From: Candidatus Hydrogenedentota bacterium
Lineage (GTDB): Bacteria > Hydrogenedentota > Hydrogenedentia > Hydrogenedentales > SLHB01
Length of the DNA: 64,000 nt
Direction of reading: 5' to 3'
Assembly (NCBI GenBank): GCA_045863295.1
Contig: BTWA01000014.1
Location: 32,001-96,000, forward strand
A model generated the notes under the pieces. It was not told the origin of the DNA. It searched no databases and was given only the letters and a program-made list of their open reading frames with translations. Below, in pieces: positions 1 to 9,859 of this stretch; the first letter of the stretch is position 1, and every line of letters starts with the position of its first letter. The translations under genes and the position numbers were made by a program.

Positions 1-1106
1 ACATCGAGCCCTGGGAATCGGCTACGGTCGTCCGATTTCGAGTCGACGGAGTCTTGGCCGAAGTCGCAACGGTATCCCGTGCTCACCATGCCCGGCTTGT
101 GGCACGTATTAAAGTCCTGGCTCGAATGCCCTCGTACTTCCGGGATACCCCCCAGGATGGCAGAATCGATGCTGGCGCGACGCCCGCGGGAAAATCCATG
201 AGGGTTGCCGCAATTCCCACGGTTGGGGGTGAAAAGATTGTGCTGCGTCTGCTGGAAGGCGATCGGAAGCTTCATTCCCTTGACGGATTGGGATTTCATC
301 CCGGCGTACTCACTCCGATCAAGGAATTTGTGCTTCGTCCGCAAGGCACACTGCTGTTGACAGGTCCCAGTTCCAGCGGTAAGACCACGACCATTTATGC
401 ATTATTGCGCGAGTTGCTTGCGGTCCGGAAGGCAGCCCCGCACATTGTTACCATTGAAGATCCCGTGGAATACCGGCTTGACCGGGTGGATCAGACCGAG
501 GTCAATCCATCCGCCGGGTTAACCTTTGAGGCGGCACTTCGCGCGTTGCTGCGCCAGGACCCCGAAGTGATCGTGGTCGGCGAGATTCGCGATTCCGAAA
601 CCGCGCGAACGGCAATACAGGCCGGACTCACGGGACACTTGGTCATCAGTACCATTCATTGCGGTTCCGCGGCAGGTGTCTTTTCCCGTCTGTTGGATAT
701 GGGCGTAGAGCCGTACCTCATCAGTTCATCAATCAACGGTGTGTTGGCACAGCGGCTTGTCCGTTGCGTGTGCATGTCCTGTGCCCGGCCTGTTGTCGTT
801 GCTCCTGCCCATCGCGAGCGTTACGCTTTGCCAGAGACTGTGGCGTCGCTTATAGAAGGGGCCGGCTGCGACCGTTGCCTTCATACCGGGTACAAGGGCC
901 GAATGGCCATTGGGGAGTTTCTTCCCCTCACCGATCCCATTGCCGACGTCATTCAGAACCGCCTTGGAACCGGCAAGATTCAGGACTGCGCGACTCAGGT
1001 GGGCATGCTTTCACTCGAAGCGGCCGGATTGGATCAAGTGCTTTCCGGCCGCACAACGCTAAGCGAGTTGGATCGGGTGCTCACACCGGCAAGAGGGAGG
1101 ATCTGA
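1..1106 (+). CDS. gspE: Type II secretion / type IV pilus assembly ATPase (GspE/PilB family), 5'-truncated by the window edge
   Basis: The frame is open from base 3 (IEP...VRFRVDGVL). Motifs: Walker A GPSSSGKTTT, Asp box TIEDPVEY, LRQDPEVIVVGEIRD, TGHLVISTIH, and the CxxC...CxxC Zn motif followed by GYKGR. Confidence 0.92.
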   Translation, partial: IEPWESATVVRFRVDGVLAEVATVSRAHHARLVARIKVLARMPSYFRDTPQDGRIDAGATPAGKSMRVAAIPTVGGEKIVLRLLEGDRKLHSLDGLGFHPGVLTPIKEFVLRPQGTLLLTGPSSSGKTTTIYALLRELLAVRKAAPHIVTIEDPVEYRLDRVDQTEVNPSAGLTFEAALRALLRQDPEVIVVGEIRDSETARTAIQAGLTGHLVISTIHCGSAAGVFSRLLDMGVEPYLISSSINGVLAQRLVRCVCMSCARPVVVAPAHRERYALPETVASLIEGAGCDRCLHTGYKGRMAIGEFLPLTDPIADVIQNRLGTGKIQDCATQVGMLSLEAAGLDQVLSGRTTLSELDRVLTPARGRI

Positions 1107-1109
1107 ACC

Positions 1110-1535
1110 ATGCCTGATACTACGGGTAGAAATTCCACTCGGCGGTTAAACGCTGGATTCTCGTTGATAGAGTTGATTGCCGCGTTTGCCGTCGCGTCGG
1201 CCGTTTTGCTGGGAACAATGCAACTCTATTACTTTGGCAAGACCTCCGCCAAAAGTATTGAAGAATCGGCCATTGCCCGCATCGCGGCCCAGAACGAGAT
1301 AGAAACGTTGCGATCAATGCCCTATACCTCTCTTGTCAACGGTGTTGGTTTGCCGTTTCGAAGTACGACGCCAGAGTTCTTCGAACTTCACCTGGCGGCC
1401 GCGGAAGTCACTATTAGCGATTGGTCCAGGGCGGCAGGACTTAAGGAAATTGTCGTAACCGCGCGCTGGATTGGCGCACAGGGCCGGCCAAAACAGGTCA
1501 AGCTCACTACCCTGATGGGGGACTTGGGGACATGA
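1110..1535 (+). CDS. Prepilin-type (pseudopilin, GspI/PilV-like) protein
   Basis: Type IV prepilin cleavage motif AG|FSLIEL with E at +5, followed by a hydrophobic helix. Confidence 0.85.
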   Translation: MPDTTGRNSTRRLNAGFSLIELIAAFAVASAVLLGTMQLYYFGKTSAKSIEESAIARIAAQNEIETLRSMPYTSLVNGVGLPFRSTTPEFFELHLAAAEVTISDWSRAAGLKEIVVTARWIGAQGRPKQVKLTTLMGDLGT

Positions 1536-2086
1536 AATCTCTAAGGCCACACTACCGCGGGCCGCGATCCGGCATCACATTGCTCGAGTTGCTGGTCTAC
1601 CTTGCACTGTCCGCAATGATTATCAACCTCGCAATGACGGCCTTTGCGAATGTTTCGAGACTGCATGTATACAGCCAACTGAGCGTGCATCGCCAAGAGA
1701 CGGTTCGTGCGTTCCAAATCGCCTTCGCATCGACAGTGAGAGAATCCCTGGGCGTGGTGGCCAAAGTAGGAGATCACGTTACGGGAGACGGCCTGCTCAT
1801 CCTGCGCATGACGCCTGACGACACGGGCGCAGACCGGTTTGCATTGGTGGGCCAGGTCGGTCGCGACAGGTGCCTCTACATTGCTGAAGCGTACGTGCGC
1901 GACGGGACGCTGCAATACGGCATTAGTCAGAGATTTGACATCGAACCGGAAAAGGTAACCTTCGCCTTCACCGGATTAGATCCAGTCTCCTCCCGATCCG
2001 TCAGTGTTTCTTTGGAAATTGCCCAAGGCAAGTCCATGCAGTTCTGCACAACGACCGCGGCCATACGGGCAGAAACTGGGGAATGA
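1532..2086 (+). CDS. Prepilin-type (pseudopilin, GspJ/PilW-like) protein
   Basis: SG|ITLLEL motif plus hydrophobic helix. ATGA overlap with the upstream stop. Confidence 0.82.
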   Translation: MKSLRPHYRGPRSGITLLELLVYLALSAMIINLAMTAFANVSRLHVYSQLSVHRQETVRAFQIAFASTVRESLGVVAKVGDHVTGDGLLILRMTPDDTGADRFALVGQVGRDRCLYIAEAYVRDGTLQYGISQRFDIEPEKVTFAFTGLDPVSSRSVSVSLEIAQGKSMQFCTTTAAIRAETGE

Positions 2087-2514
2087 CCATGCGACTTTCG
2101 AGAGAATCGCTGTTGAACCGGCGGTCAGATGGCGGAATGGCCATGCTCCTCGTGCTGGGTGTTCTTTTCGCTGTATGCCTCTTTACCAGCGCGTACTTCA
2201 TCCTCCTCAATCGCAACGCGGATATGGCTGGGCTCGAGTTGCGCCGTTTGGAGGCGTTCAATCTTGCCGAGGCGGGCATTCATCTGGCCGTGGCGCGCCT
2301 GTCAAACGACGGCGCGTACACAGGAGAGTCTGGGGTCGCAATCGGCAATGGGCTCGTGGATATTGCCGTAGAACAAGTTAGCGATGCTGAATACTCGATT
2401 CATTCGGCGGCCTTTGTCACGGGACGCTCAATGCGTCCGCAAGCAGAAGTGCTCGCCAACACCCGGAAAACTCAAACGGGTTGGCGAATGCAACGCTGGG
2501 AGGAAGTCCGATGA
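2083..2514 (+). CDS. PilX/GspK-like minor pseudopilin
   Basis: GG|MAMLLVL with no E5, and the PilX-type motif [13 protein letters not shown] overlap with the upstream stop. Confidence 0.75.
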   Translation: MTMRLSRESLLNRRSDGGMAMLLVLGVLFAVCLFTSAYFILLNRNADMAGLELRRLEAFNLAEAGIHLAVARLSNDGAYTGESGVAIGNGLVDIAVEQVSDAEYSIHSAAFVTGRSMRPQAEVLANTRKTQTGWRMQRWEEVR

Positions 2515-3347
2515 AGACGTCTCGAAAGGTTCGGACCGGTTTCACCGTGATGGAACTAATGAGCGTTATCGCAATTATCGGCGTACTCGCAGCCATATTG
2601 TTACCCGCTTTGGCTCGTGCACGGGAAGCAGCACGCCGTACTTCCTGCATGAGTAACCTTGCCCAGATCGGGATGGCCATGCAAATGTACGCGCGGGAGA
2701 ATCAGGGCAGCTTGCCCTGGAGCGGGGGAGGGAATAATGCAGACTTTCTCTACGCGTTTCGTGTGGCATACGTGGGCTTGGACGCCGTATTCGTGTGTCC
2801 ATCGGACCCAAAGACCGAGTTCAGAAACGGCCAGGAAGCGTTCGACAACGTCGAACTCAACCTGGAAGGTAGTTACCGGGTCTCCTACGATTTCATGGGT
2901 GCTTACACGCTGGCTCCCCTCCAAATGCCGCCGCCGCAGTACGGCATTCCCCCCGTTCCCATCGCGTGGGATTTTTACAGCGGATTAACCAACGAACGAT
3001 TGGAGGCCGAGAGATCGCGCTACGTCGAGGCGGAGAAAACCGCAAAAGGCGACGCGGGAGGCTTCGGTGGATTGAGCTCGAATCCGTATGTGGACTACGA
3101 AGCGTACTCGCCAAATCATGTGCCAGGAATCGGAAATGTACTTTGGATGGACGGCCATGTTTCCGCAATGGCGTCTCCGCAATGGCATAATTCCAACGTA
3201 CCTGCATTGCCCGACCGCGTGGAACTCGGCGAAGAAATCTTGAATCCAACTCTCTTGAACCTGTTACCGAGCGACGAACGGATTAAGTCTATACTCGAAG
3301 ACCGCGTTGCAGTCGATCCTTTTCCATCCAGCGGTCGGCAATTTTGA
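2511..3347 (+). CDS. DUF1559-type prepilin protein with H-X9-DG-like C-terminal motif
   Basis: G|FTVMEL...[39 protein letters not shown] and [16 protein letters not shown]. Start placed at the ATG at 2511, which overlaps the upstream stop. Confidence 0.9.
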   Translation: MKTSRKVRTGFTVMELMSVIAIIGVLAAILLPALARAREAARRTSCMSNLAQIGMAMQMYARENQGSLPWSGGGNNADFLYAFRVAYVGLDAVFVCPSDPKTEFRNGQEAFDNVELNLEGSYRVSYDFMGAYTLAPLQMPPPQYGIPPVPIAWDFYSGLTNERLEAERSRYVEAEKTAKGDAGGFGGLSSNPYVDYEAYSPNHVPGIGNVLWMDGHVSAMASPQWHNSNVPALPDRVELGEEILNPTLLNLLPSDERIKSILEDRVAVDPFPSSGRQF

Positions 3348-3416
3348 CTCCCCCTCCGCACTTCCGCCATTATTTCCCCTCGATTCGTAGCGGGAAGTAC
3401 GGGGAAGGAGTCTGCA

Positions 3417-4349
3417 TTGAGCACCATACTTGTGACCGGCGGCGCGGGATTCATTGGTTCCCACGTTGTGGACGCCTACGTGGCCGAGGGGCATCGCGTC
3501 GTCATCCTTGATGACCTGTCCACGGGTAAGGCCGAATTTGTCAATCCAAAGGCAGTCTTTTATCGGGAATCCATTGCATCGCCGGCCATCGCCGAAATCT
3601 TCGACAAAGAGAAGCCGGATGTAGTCAATCATCTGGCGGCGCAGATCGATGTGAGAAAAAGTGTTGAGCAACCCCTCTTCGATGCCGAAACAAACGTGCT
3701 GGGCTCCCTGAACCTGCTCGAATGTTGCGTCAAATATAAGGTAGGAAAGCTCATCTTCGCATCCACTGGAGGCGCCATCTATGGCGAAGTAGACAGCCTT
3801 CCGGTATCCGAAGCCGTCCAACCGCATCCCATTAGCCATTACGGTGCGGCTAAATTCGCTGTTGAGAACTACATCTTTGTCTATGGCGCGCTGTATGGAC
3901 TTAAATACACCATCTTGCGCTTTCCAAATGTGTACGGCCCGAGACAAAACCCGCACGGAGAAGCGGGCGTTTGCTCTATTCTTGTGCAAAAAATGTTGGC
4001 CGGCGAGCCACCTACGCTGTTCGGTTTTGGCGATCCCATTCGAGATTATGTGTTTGTAGGCGATATTGCCCGAGGCTGCGTCTTGGCACTCGATAAGGGA
4101 GACGGAGCCACGGTCAATCTGGGATCGTGTGTTGGAACCTCTGTCCGCCAGCTGTTCGACATACTCAAGTCGCACATCGGCTTCAAACTGGATCCAGTCC
4201 TGAAACCGATACGCCCAGGCGAAATCCACGGCATCTACATTACCGGAGATCGGGCAAGAGAAACCCTGGGATGGATCCCCCAGGTTTCACTCGAGGACGG
4301 GCTGGCCCAAGTGGTGGATTATGTACGCCACAGCTCTCCAGGCCATTGA
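3417..4349 (+). CDS. NAD-dependent epimerase/dehydratase (UDP-glucose 4-epimerase-like extended SDR)
   Basis: VTGGAGFIGSH, HLAAQ, catalytic YGAAK and NVYGPRQ. TTG start preceded by an AAGGAG RBS. Confidence 0.93.
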   Translation: MSTILVTGGAGFIGSHVVDAYVAEGHRVVILDDLSTGKAEFVNPKAVFYRESIASPAIAEIFDKEKPDVVNHLAAQIDVRKSVEQPLFDAETNVLGSLNLLECCVKYKVGKLIFASTGGAIYGEVDSLPVSEAVQPHPISHYGAAKFAVENYIFVYGALYGLKYTILRFPNVYGPRQNPHGEAGVCSILVQKMLAGEPPTLFGFGDPIRDYVFVGDIARGCVLALDKGDGATVNLGSCVGTSVRQLFDILKSHIGFKLDPVLKPIRPGEIHGIYITGDRARETLGWIPQVSLEDGLAQVVDYVRHSSPGH

Positions 4350-4542
4350 CCTCCATCCAACTCTTCCTGTCACGCCGATGTTCAGGCCCGGTCAAACGGT
4401 GCCGTTTTGGCGAAGGCAACGCCAATTGTCTATACTGGCGCCAGTCACTCGCTGCTCAAAGGTATTTGGTTTAAGTCGCAATGGGCTTTGGCCCTCGGAA
4501 TGGGGGCGTTTTGTACCTATTCGCGGGCAAGTGTGAGCATCC

Positions 4543-7539
4543 ATGACAACAGCACCAAGACCCGAAAAGGACCTGGCAGACCGTTCCGACGCCTCCATAA
4601 CGCCTGAGTGGGAACGAAGGTGCATTGTCTGTGACATGCATGGGGCGATCATCGCAATTGACCCGGCGTTGCCCGCGTTGCTGCGAACGGTCGATCAATC
4701 CCAATCACCCGCGGGCCACATAGGGCAAAACGTCGCCACATTGTTTGAATCCTGCATTCCAGTGGGCCTGGTACACGGTCAACTCGAACCCAAACACTTT
4801 CCCATTGTCGGGGGCCGCTATTCCGTCGCAGGCACACACACCGATACAATCGAAATCTACGTGCATATTCTGACCCTTGCCGGTGCTACCCCTGAACAAA
4901 ACATGGTCGCCGTATGCGTGGAAGATATTTCAGCAAGAATCCGTTCGGAGACGGCACTTCGTATTCGGGGAAGGGGGCTCGACGCCTCGATTTTGCCCGT
5001 GGCCCTGACAGATACCGCGATGACCATTACCTACGCCAATCAGTCTCTCATTGACCAGTGGGGACTAACTCATGTCGAGGAATTGCTCGGAACCAAAGTT
5101 CTCGATCTCTGGGTTCCGGGAGAAGATATTGGCGCAGCCTTGAAATACGTGCGGGTAAACGGCGAATGGTCGGGTCAGCTTCTGGGACGCAAGTTCGACG
5201 GCTCGCGGTTTCAGGCGTTTGCATCGCTGTCACGGGTGACCGATATCGACGACGTCGTCGTTGGCTACATGGTTTCGTGTCTCGATTTCTCGTCTCAGGT
5301 GCGCACGGAAGAAGAATTGCGGCGTCGAATCGAAATTGAGAAGTTAATCTCGAAAATCTCGACCGACTTGCTCGATGCACCTCCGGAAACTCTGGACAAC
5401 GCGATGCAGGAAGCCCTTGCTGCGGTGGGCCAGTATGCGGGCGTAGACAGGTGCTTCTTCACCTTCATTGACTTTGAAGCACGCAGGTACGGAAAAGGTT
5501 TCGAATGGTGCGCGCCCGGCGTGGTCAGCTTCAAGGAAATCCTGGAAGGCAAACCCATTACCGGCAACGCCTGGGGCGAAGAACGGCTCATGCGGGGTGA
5601 AGACATTAGTGTGTCCCATATAGAGAACCTGCCACCTGAAGCCGAAGATCTGAAGGAGCTTTTCAAGAGCCAGGGGGTTGTCAGCAATCTGACGGCACCG
5701 CTCATTTACGGCGGTGCGCTCAAAGGATTCCTGGGCTTCGATACCACGCGCGAACCACGTGTCTGGTCGCGCGACCTTACGACGTTTCTACGTATGGTAG
5801 GGGAAGTCCTGTCCGTCGCGGCGGAACGAAAGCAGGCCCACGAAGAACTGCGGCGTCAGATGGACTTGGAACGTATCATCTCCTCACTCTCCACCCGCTT
5901 TATCAACCTGGACACAGACGAAATCGGGCAGGGCATTGCAGAAGCGCTCGACACTCTTGGCACGTTCATGTGTGTCGATCGGGCGTATTTCAATTACATG
6001 ACGGAGCAGGGAGTGCTGGATGGCTACGAATGGTGTGCGCCCGGCGTAAAGCCCCAGCCTAATGCGCTAGAAAATGTAAACTTTTTTGAAGACCTCGCAT
6101 GGAGCGTCTCTCAACTCGCCGCGGCCAATGTTGTCAACATTCCAAACGTCGCCGGGCTGCCCGCCGAAGCGGCAAACGAGATGCGTATCCTGCAAATGCA
6201 GGAAGTAAAGTCAACGGTGATTGTGCCTGTCTTGTCCCGTCATCATTTCATTGGATTCATTGGTTTCGAGACGGTCTCGGCCTTGCGAACATGGAATGAA
6301 AGCACGATTACCATGCTGACAATGGTAGCCCAAATGTTTGCCAACGCTGAAGAGCGCCGCCGTGCGGAAGCCGACCGCAGGCGATTGGAACAGCAAATGC
6401 GCCACAGCCAAAAACTGGAGAGTCTCGGTGTATTGGCAGGAGGCATCGCGCATGATTTCAACAATCTGCTCGTCGGCATATTGGGCAATGCCGGGATCGC
6501 ATTGCTGGACCTGCCTGAACAATCGCCCGTGCTTCAAAGCATACAACACATCGAAGACGCAGCCCGCCACGCCGCCGAACTTACGAACCAGTTATTGGCC
6601 TATTCGGGCAAAGGCCAATTTGCCGTACAGCCTATAAACATCAGCAAGCTCACCGGCGAAATGACCGGACTCTTGGAGTCGGTCAAGTCGAAAAAAGCCG
6701 TCCTGAAATGCCACCTCCGCCAGGACATCCCGCCTATCGAGGCCGACGCCAGTCAAATCAAGCAGATTGTCATGAATCTCGTTACAAATGCATCCGATGC
6801 GATCGGAGATCAGGATGGCGTCATCAGCGTAACCACCGGAACATGCGACGCGGATCGAATCTATCTCGCGCAGATGTTTCTGAACGACAATCTTCCGGAA
6901 GGCCGGTATGTCTTCTTGGAAGTATCGGATACCGGCATGGGCATGGACGGCGAGACACTGCAAAAAATATTCGACCCTTTCTTTACCACCAAATTCACCG
7001 GCCGCGGCCTTGGACTCGCAGCGGTATTGGGCATCGTACGCTCCCACGGAGGCGCCATTCGGGTGGAGAGCCGTCGGAACGAGGGAACCACCTTCCGGGT
7101 TCTGCTGCCATGCTCCAATAAACCAATCGAGGAATCGCCCGCGCCCAGGCGTTCCAGCGAATGGCGAGGGAAGGGTACCGTGCTCGTCGTGGACGACGAG
7201 CCCATCGTGCGCGATGTGGCCAAAGCCGTACTGGAAAGGTTCGGCTTTTCCGTTATGACCGCATGCGATGGAGTCGAATGCCTGGACGTGTACCGGAAGA
7301 ACCACGACAAGGTGAACTGCATTCTACTGGACATGACCATGCCGATCATGGATGGAGTTGAAGTGTGTAAGGCGCTCCAGAAAATGCCCAATCACGCGCC
7401 AATTCTGCTCAGCAGCGGATACACCGAGTTGGAAACCAGTCAGAGGATGGTTGATTTGGAAGTCAAAGGCTTCATTCAGAAGCCCTATTCGCCCTCGGCA
7501 CTGGTGGAGAAGATCCGCGAAGCTCTCGAAGAAATATGA
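4543..7539 (+). CDS. Hybrid sensor histidine kinase (PAS-GAF-GAF-HisKA-HATPase-REC)
   Basis: H-box AGGIAHDFNNLL, N-box NLVTNASDA, DTGMGM, FDPFFTTK and GRGLGL. C-terminal REC domain (VVDDE...LLDMTMP...KP). Two GAF repeats each containing EWCAPGV. Confidence 0.95.
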   Translation: MTTAPRPEKDLADRSDASITPEWERRCIVCDMHGAIIAIDPALPALLRTVDQSQSPAGHIGQNVATLFESCIPVGLVHGQLEPKHFPIVGGRYSVAGTHTDTIEIYVHILTLAGATPEQNMVAVCVEDISARIRSETALRIRGRGLDASILPVALTDTAMTITYANQSLIDQWGLTHVEELLGTKVLDLWVPGEDIGAALKYVRVNGEWSGQLLGRKFDGSRFQAFASLSRVTDIDDVVVGYMVSCLDFSSQVRTEEELRRRIEIEKLISKISTDLLDAPPETLDNAMQEALAAVGQYAGVDRCFFTFIDFEARRYGKGFEWCAPGVVSFKEILEGKPITGNAWGEERLMRGEDISVSHIENLPPEAEDLKELFKSQGVVSNLTAPLIYGGALKGFLGFDTTREPRVWSRDLTTFLRMVGEVLSVAAERKQAHEELRRQMDLERIISSLSTRFINLDTDEIGQGIAEALDTLGTFMCVDRAYFNYMTEQGVLDGYEWCAPGVKPQPNALENVNFFEDLAWSVSQLAAANVVNIPNVAGLPAEAANEMRILQMQEVKSTVIVPVLSRHHFIGFIGFETVSALRTWNESTITMLTMVAQMFANAEERRRAEADRRRLEQQMRHSQKLESLGVLAGGIAHDFNNLLVGILGNAGIALLDLPEQSPVLQSIQHIEDAARHAAELTNQLLAYSGKGQFAVQPINISKLTGEMTGLLESVKSKKAVLKCHLRQDIPPIEADASQIKQIVMNLVTNASDAIGDQDGVISVTTGTCDADRIYLAQMFLNDNLPEGRYVFLEVSDTGMGMDGETLQKIFDPFFTTKFTGRGLGLAAVLGIVRSHGGAIRVESRRNEGTTFRVLLPCSNKPIEESPAPRRSSEWRGKGTVLVVDDEPIVRDVAKAVLERFGFSVMTACDGVECLDVYRKNHDKVNCILLDMTMPIMDGVEVCKALQKMPNHAPILLSSGYTELETSQRMVDLEVKGFIQKPYSPSALVEKIREALEEI

Positions 7540-7545
7540 ATTCCC

Positions 7546-8808
7546 TTACCGGCTTTCTTGGTTCATCCGATCCAATCGCTCCATCACCGACTGAATATGC
7601 GAGGGTTTTTCAGAATCCTCAAACTCCCGTTGCACTCGCACAAATTTCTCTTCACGGTTGACGAAAGCCTTAACGACATCCGGATCGAAGTGCGTGCCGG
7701 AGGCTTCCAGAATGATATCGCGCGACTTTTCGTGCGAATACGCTTCCTTGTACGGTCGCTTCGACGTCAGCGCATCGTAAGCGTCGCCAAGCGCCGTTAT
7801 CCGGGCTACCAAGGGAATATCTTCCCCGGACATGCCAAACGGATACCCCTTACCGTCCCACTTCTCGTGATGGTAATAGGCTATATCCCGGCCCATGGCC
7901 AGAAACGAATTGGATCCCGCTTCCGTATCCGCCGCTTTCAGCGTGTCGCCCCCGATGAGCGTGTGCGTCTTCATGATTTCGAATTCTTCAACAGACAATT
8001 TGCCCGGCTTCAACAGGATGGCATCGGGAATACCCACTTTGCCGATATCGTGAAGAGGACTCGAATAATACAACTGCTCGACGAAACCGCTATTGATGAT
8101 TCCGTCATACTTCATCCACGTACCCATCTCTATCGCCACTTCACGGACGTACCGGCGCATTCGTTCAAGGTGTTCGCCCGTTTCCGGATCCCGGGATTCC
8201 GCAAGTTTGGCCAGCGAGAAAACCGTCACCTGCTGCGTGCGTTCCAGAAGCGCCGTACGTTCGCGCACCCGCTCTTCAAGCAACACATTGTCGCTTTCAA
8301 GACGTTTCTGATACTGCATTAGCTGGTCTTGAAGCGCCTTGGATTTGACAGAACTGCGTATGCGGGCATCCAGCAACACGGGATCGATCGGCCGGATAAG
8401 AAAATCATCCGCCCCGGCTTCGAGCGCGCGTAGATTCGCCTCGTGTTCCGCCAATCCTGTAATCATAATGACGGGAATGTGGCGTGTGCGGAAATCCCGC
8501 TTCAGACGCTCGCACACCTCGAAGCCGTTCATCTCCGGCATGACCAAGTCCAGCAACAGCACATCGGGGTTCAGCGTTTCCACCAGGGCCAAGGCCTCCC
8601 GGCCATTGAACGCTTCGTGGATTACATAACCCTTCGGCTCCAACAATTGCCGCAAAAGAGCAATATTTTCGGGAATGTCGTCTACAATAAGCACTTTGGG
8701 ACCGGAATTCGGGCGGGGCTCGGGTCTCGCTCGGGGGGGGCGATCTGGCAACGTTCTCTCCACGGATGAAAATCCTGAACTCCGGCGACTAGGCACGTCG
8801 GCATTCAC
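7546..8808 (-). CDS. Response regulator with HD-GYP c-di-GMP phosphodiesterase domain (RpfG-like)
   Basis: REC domain (LIVDD...LLDLVMP), ETGEH, HDIGK, HHEKWDGKGYP and DAYDALTSKRPYK. The start is uncertain: the ORF is open to 8925, with GTG candidates at 8808, 8796 and 8763. Confidence 0.93.
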   Translation of the reverse strand: MNADVPSRRSSGFSSVERTLPDRPPRARPEPRPNSGPKVLIVDDIPENIALLRQLLEPKGYVIHEAFNGREALALVETLNPDVLLLDLVMPEMNGFEVCERLKRDFRTRHIPVIMITGLAEHEANLRALEAGADDFLIRPIDPVLLDARIRSSVKSKALQDQLMQYQKRLESDNVLLEERVRERTALLERTQQVTVFSLAKLAESRDPETGEHLERMRRYVREVAIEMGTWMKYDGIINSGFVEQLYYSSPLHDIGKVGIPDAILLKPGKLSVEEFEIMKTHTLIGGDTLKAADTEAGSNSFLAMGRDIAYYHHEKWDGKGYPFGMSGEDIPLVARITALGDAYDALTSKRPYKEAYSHEKSRDIILEASGTHFDPDVVKAFVNREEKFVRVQREFEDSEKPSHIQSVMERLDRMNQESR

Positions 8809-9077
8809 ACTTCCCGGATTGAAAGTGGGGGGGAAGAGCGGCTTCAACCCCGACAAAGCGCCCAAAACGAAAGTATGTAAAATGCCGTTAAGCCTAATCC
8901 TACCACAGACGTAGAAACCGTGCAAACGGTTTATCCAGCACCCGACTCCCTAATAGATCCCCATACCCTCCTAACTGAAAGTCCTGCTTCGAGACAGACC
9001 CCATCCCAATAAATGTAATCGAAGTAACCACAATCACAGAAAGCGCTGGCTGCGCGTTCACAGACCATCCAACAAGT

Positions 9078-9114
9078 CCGGATATTTCACGGCAATGTCC
9101 AATTACCTATGTAA
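9078..9114. repeat. Intergenic 37-bp dispersed repeat, copy 1
   Basis: CCGGATATTTCACGGC-N16-TGTAA. Identical at 30/37 positions to 25396-25432, with the first 16 bp exact. Confidence 0.7.
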
Positions 9115-9398
9115 ATGGCGTCGCGGCCGAACACTGTCCAGACCGATGATGGGACAATGTGCACGTTACAAATCCTCTGCGCGCAAAGCCTAAGCTATCC
9201 AACTATGAGCATTTTTCAACACGCACGCTATAATCGCGGTGACGGATGCGGGATAGCTGGACCAAAAGTACACTTTCAAGTTACGGAAACCTTGAATAGG
9301 TTGTCCGTAGTCAGAATACCTGAAATGGAGTAGCGGCCAATCCAGAAGCAAGAATGCTAAGCTATTCGGTAGCATACAGTTACACGGCACATGCAATA

Positions 9399-9414
9399 AG
9401 GCATGCCGGTTGCT
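9399..9414 (+). promoter_or_regulatory. Possible sigma54 (-24/-12) promoter
   Basis: AGGCATGCCGGTTGCT gives GG-N10-GC spacing with TTGCT. The -24 box deviates from TGGCAC. Confidence 0.4.
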
Positions 9415-9859
9415 TTGTTACTCCATATAGAAAGTTGAATCAAAAAGATCGATAGCGTGTACCGTGAGCGATGCGCATGAAACCCGCATAAAGTGCTGGG
9501 GATTAATCTCCCAAAGCAATGATCAAGGTTTCGGCCGAGAACCATCGCCAGGCACAAGCACATATCGATTAGACCCTTAGCCCCGAGGATGAGCAGTACA
9601 TCGGAGAGCCAGACTCCCAAACGCACCCTATCGGTCCTGCCGCTTACCCCCAGCGCGGGACCACCCCATTCACTCTCCTAGTGCGACCCTACAGACCCCT
9701 ACCTGGCTTTTCAACATCCTCGGGGCTCTCATTTTACTTCACACACAAGAGCATTATTCGCATTTCTGCCCCTCCCCCAAAAACTCGGAATCAATCACTG
9801 CCACAAGTACAATGCACCGGTTCCGAAGCTACAGAGCCAACAATTCCAGGAGGTCGTAT

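Noticed and set aside
3264..4229. Long antisense ORFs (e.g. 3264-4229, 7558-8322, 43106-44080, 48253-49398, 53612-54694, 56652-57455)
   Set aside because: They are shadows on the opposite strand of well-supported genes and carry no recognisable motifs. This is expected in GC-rich DNA.
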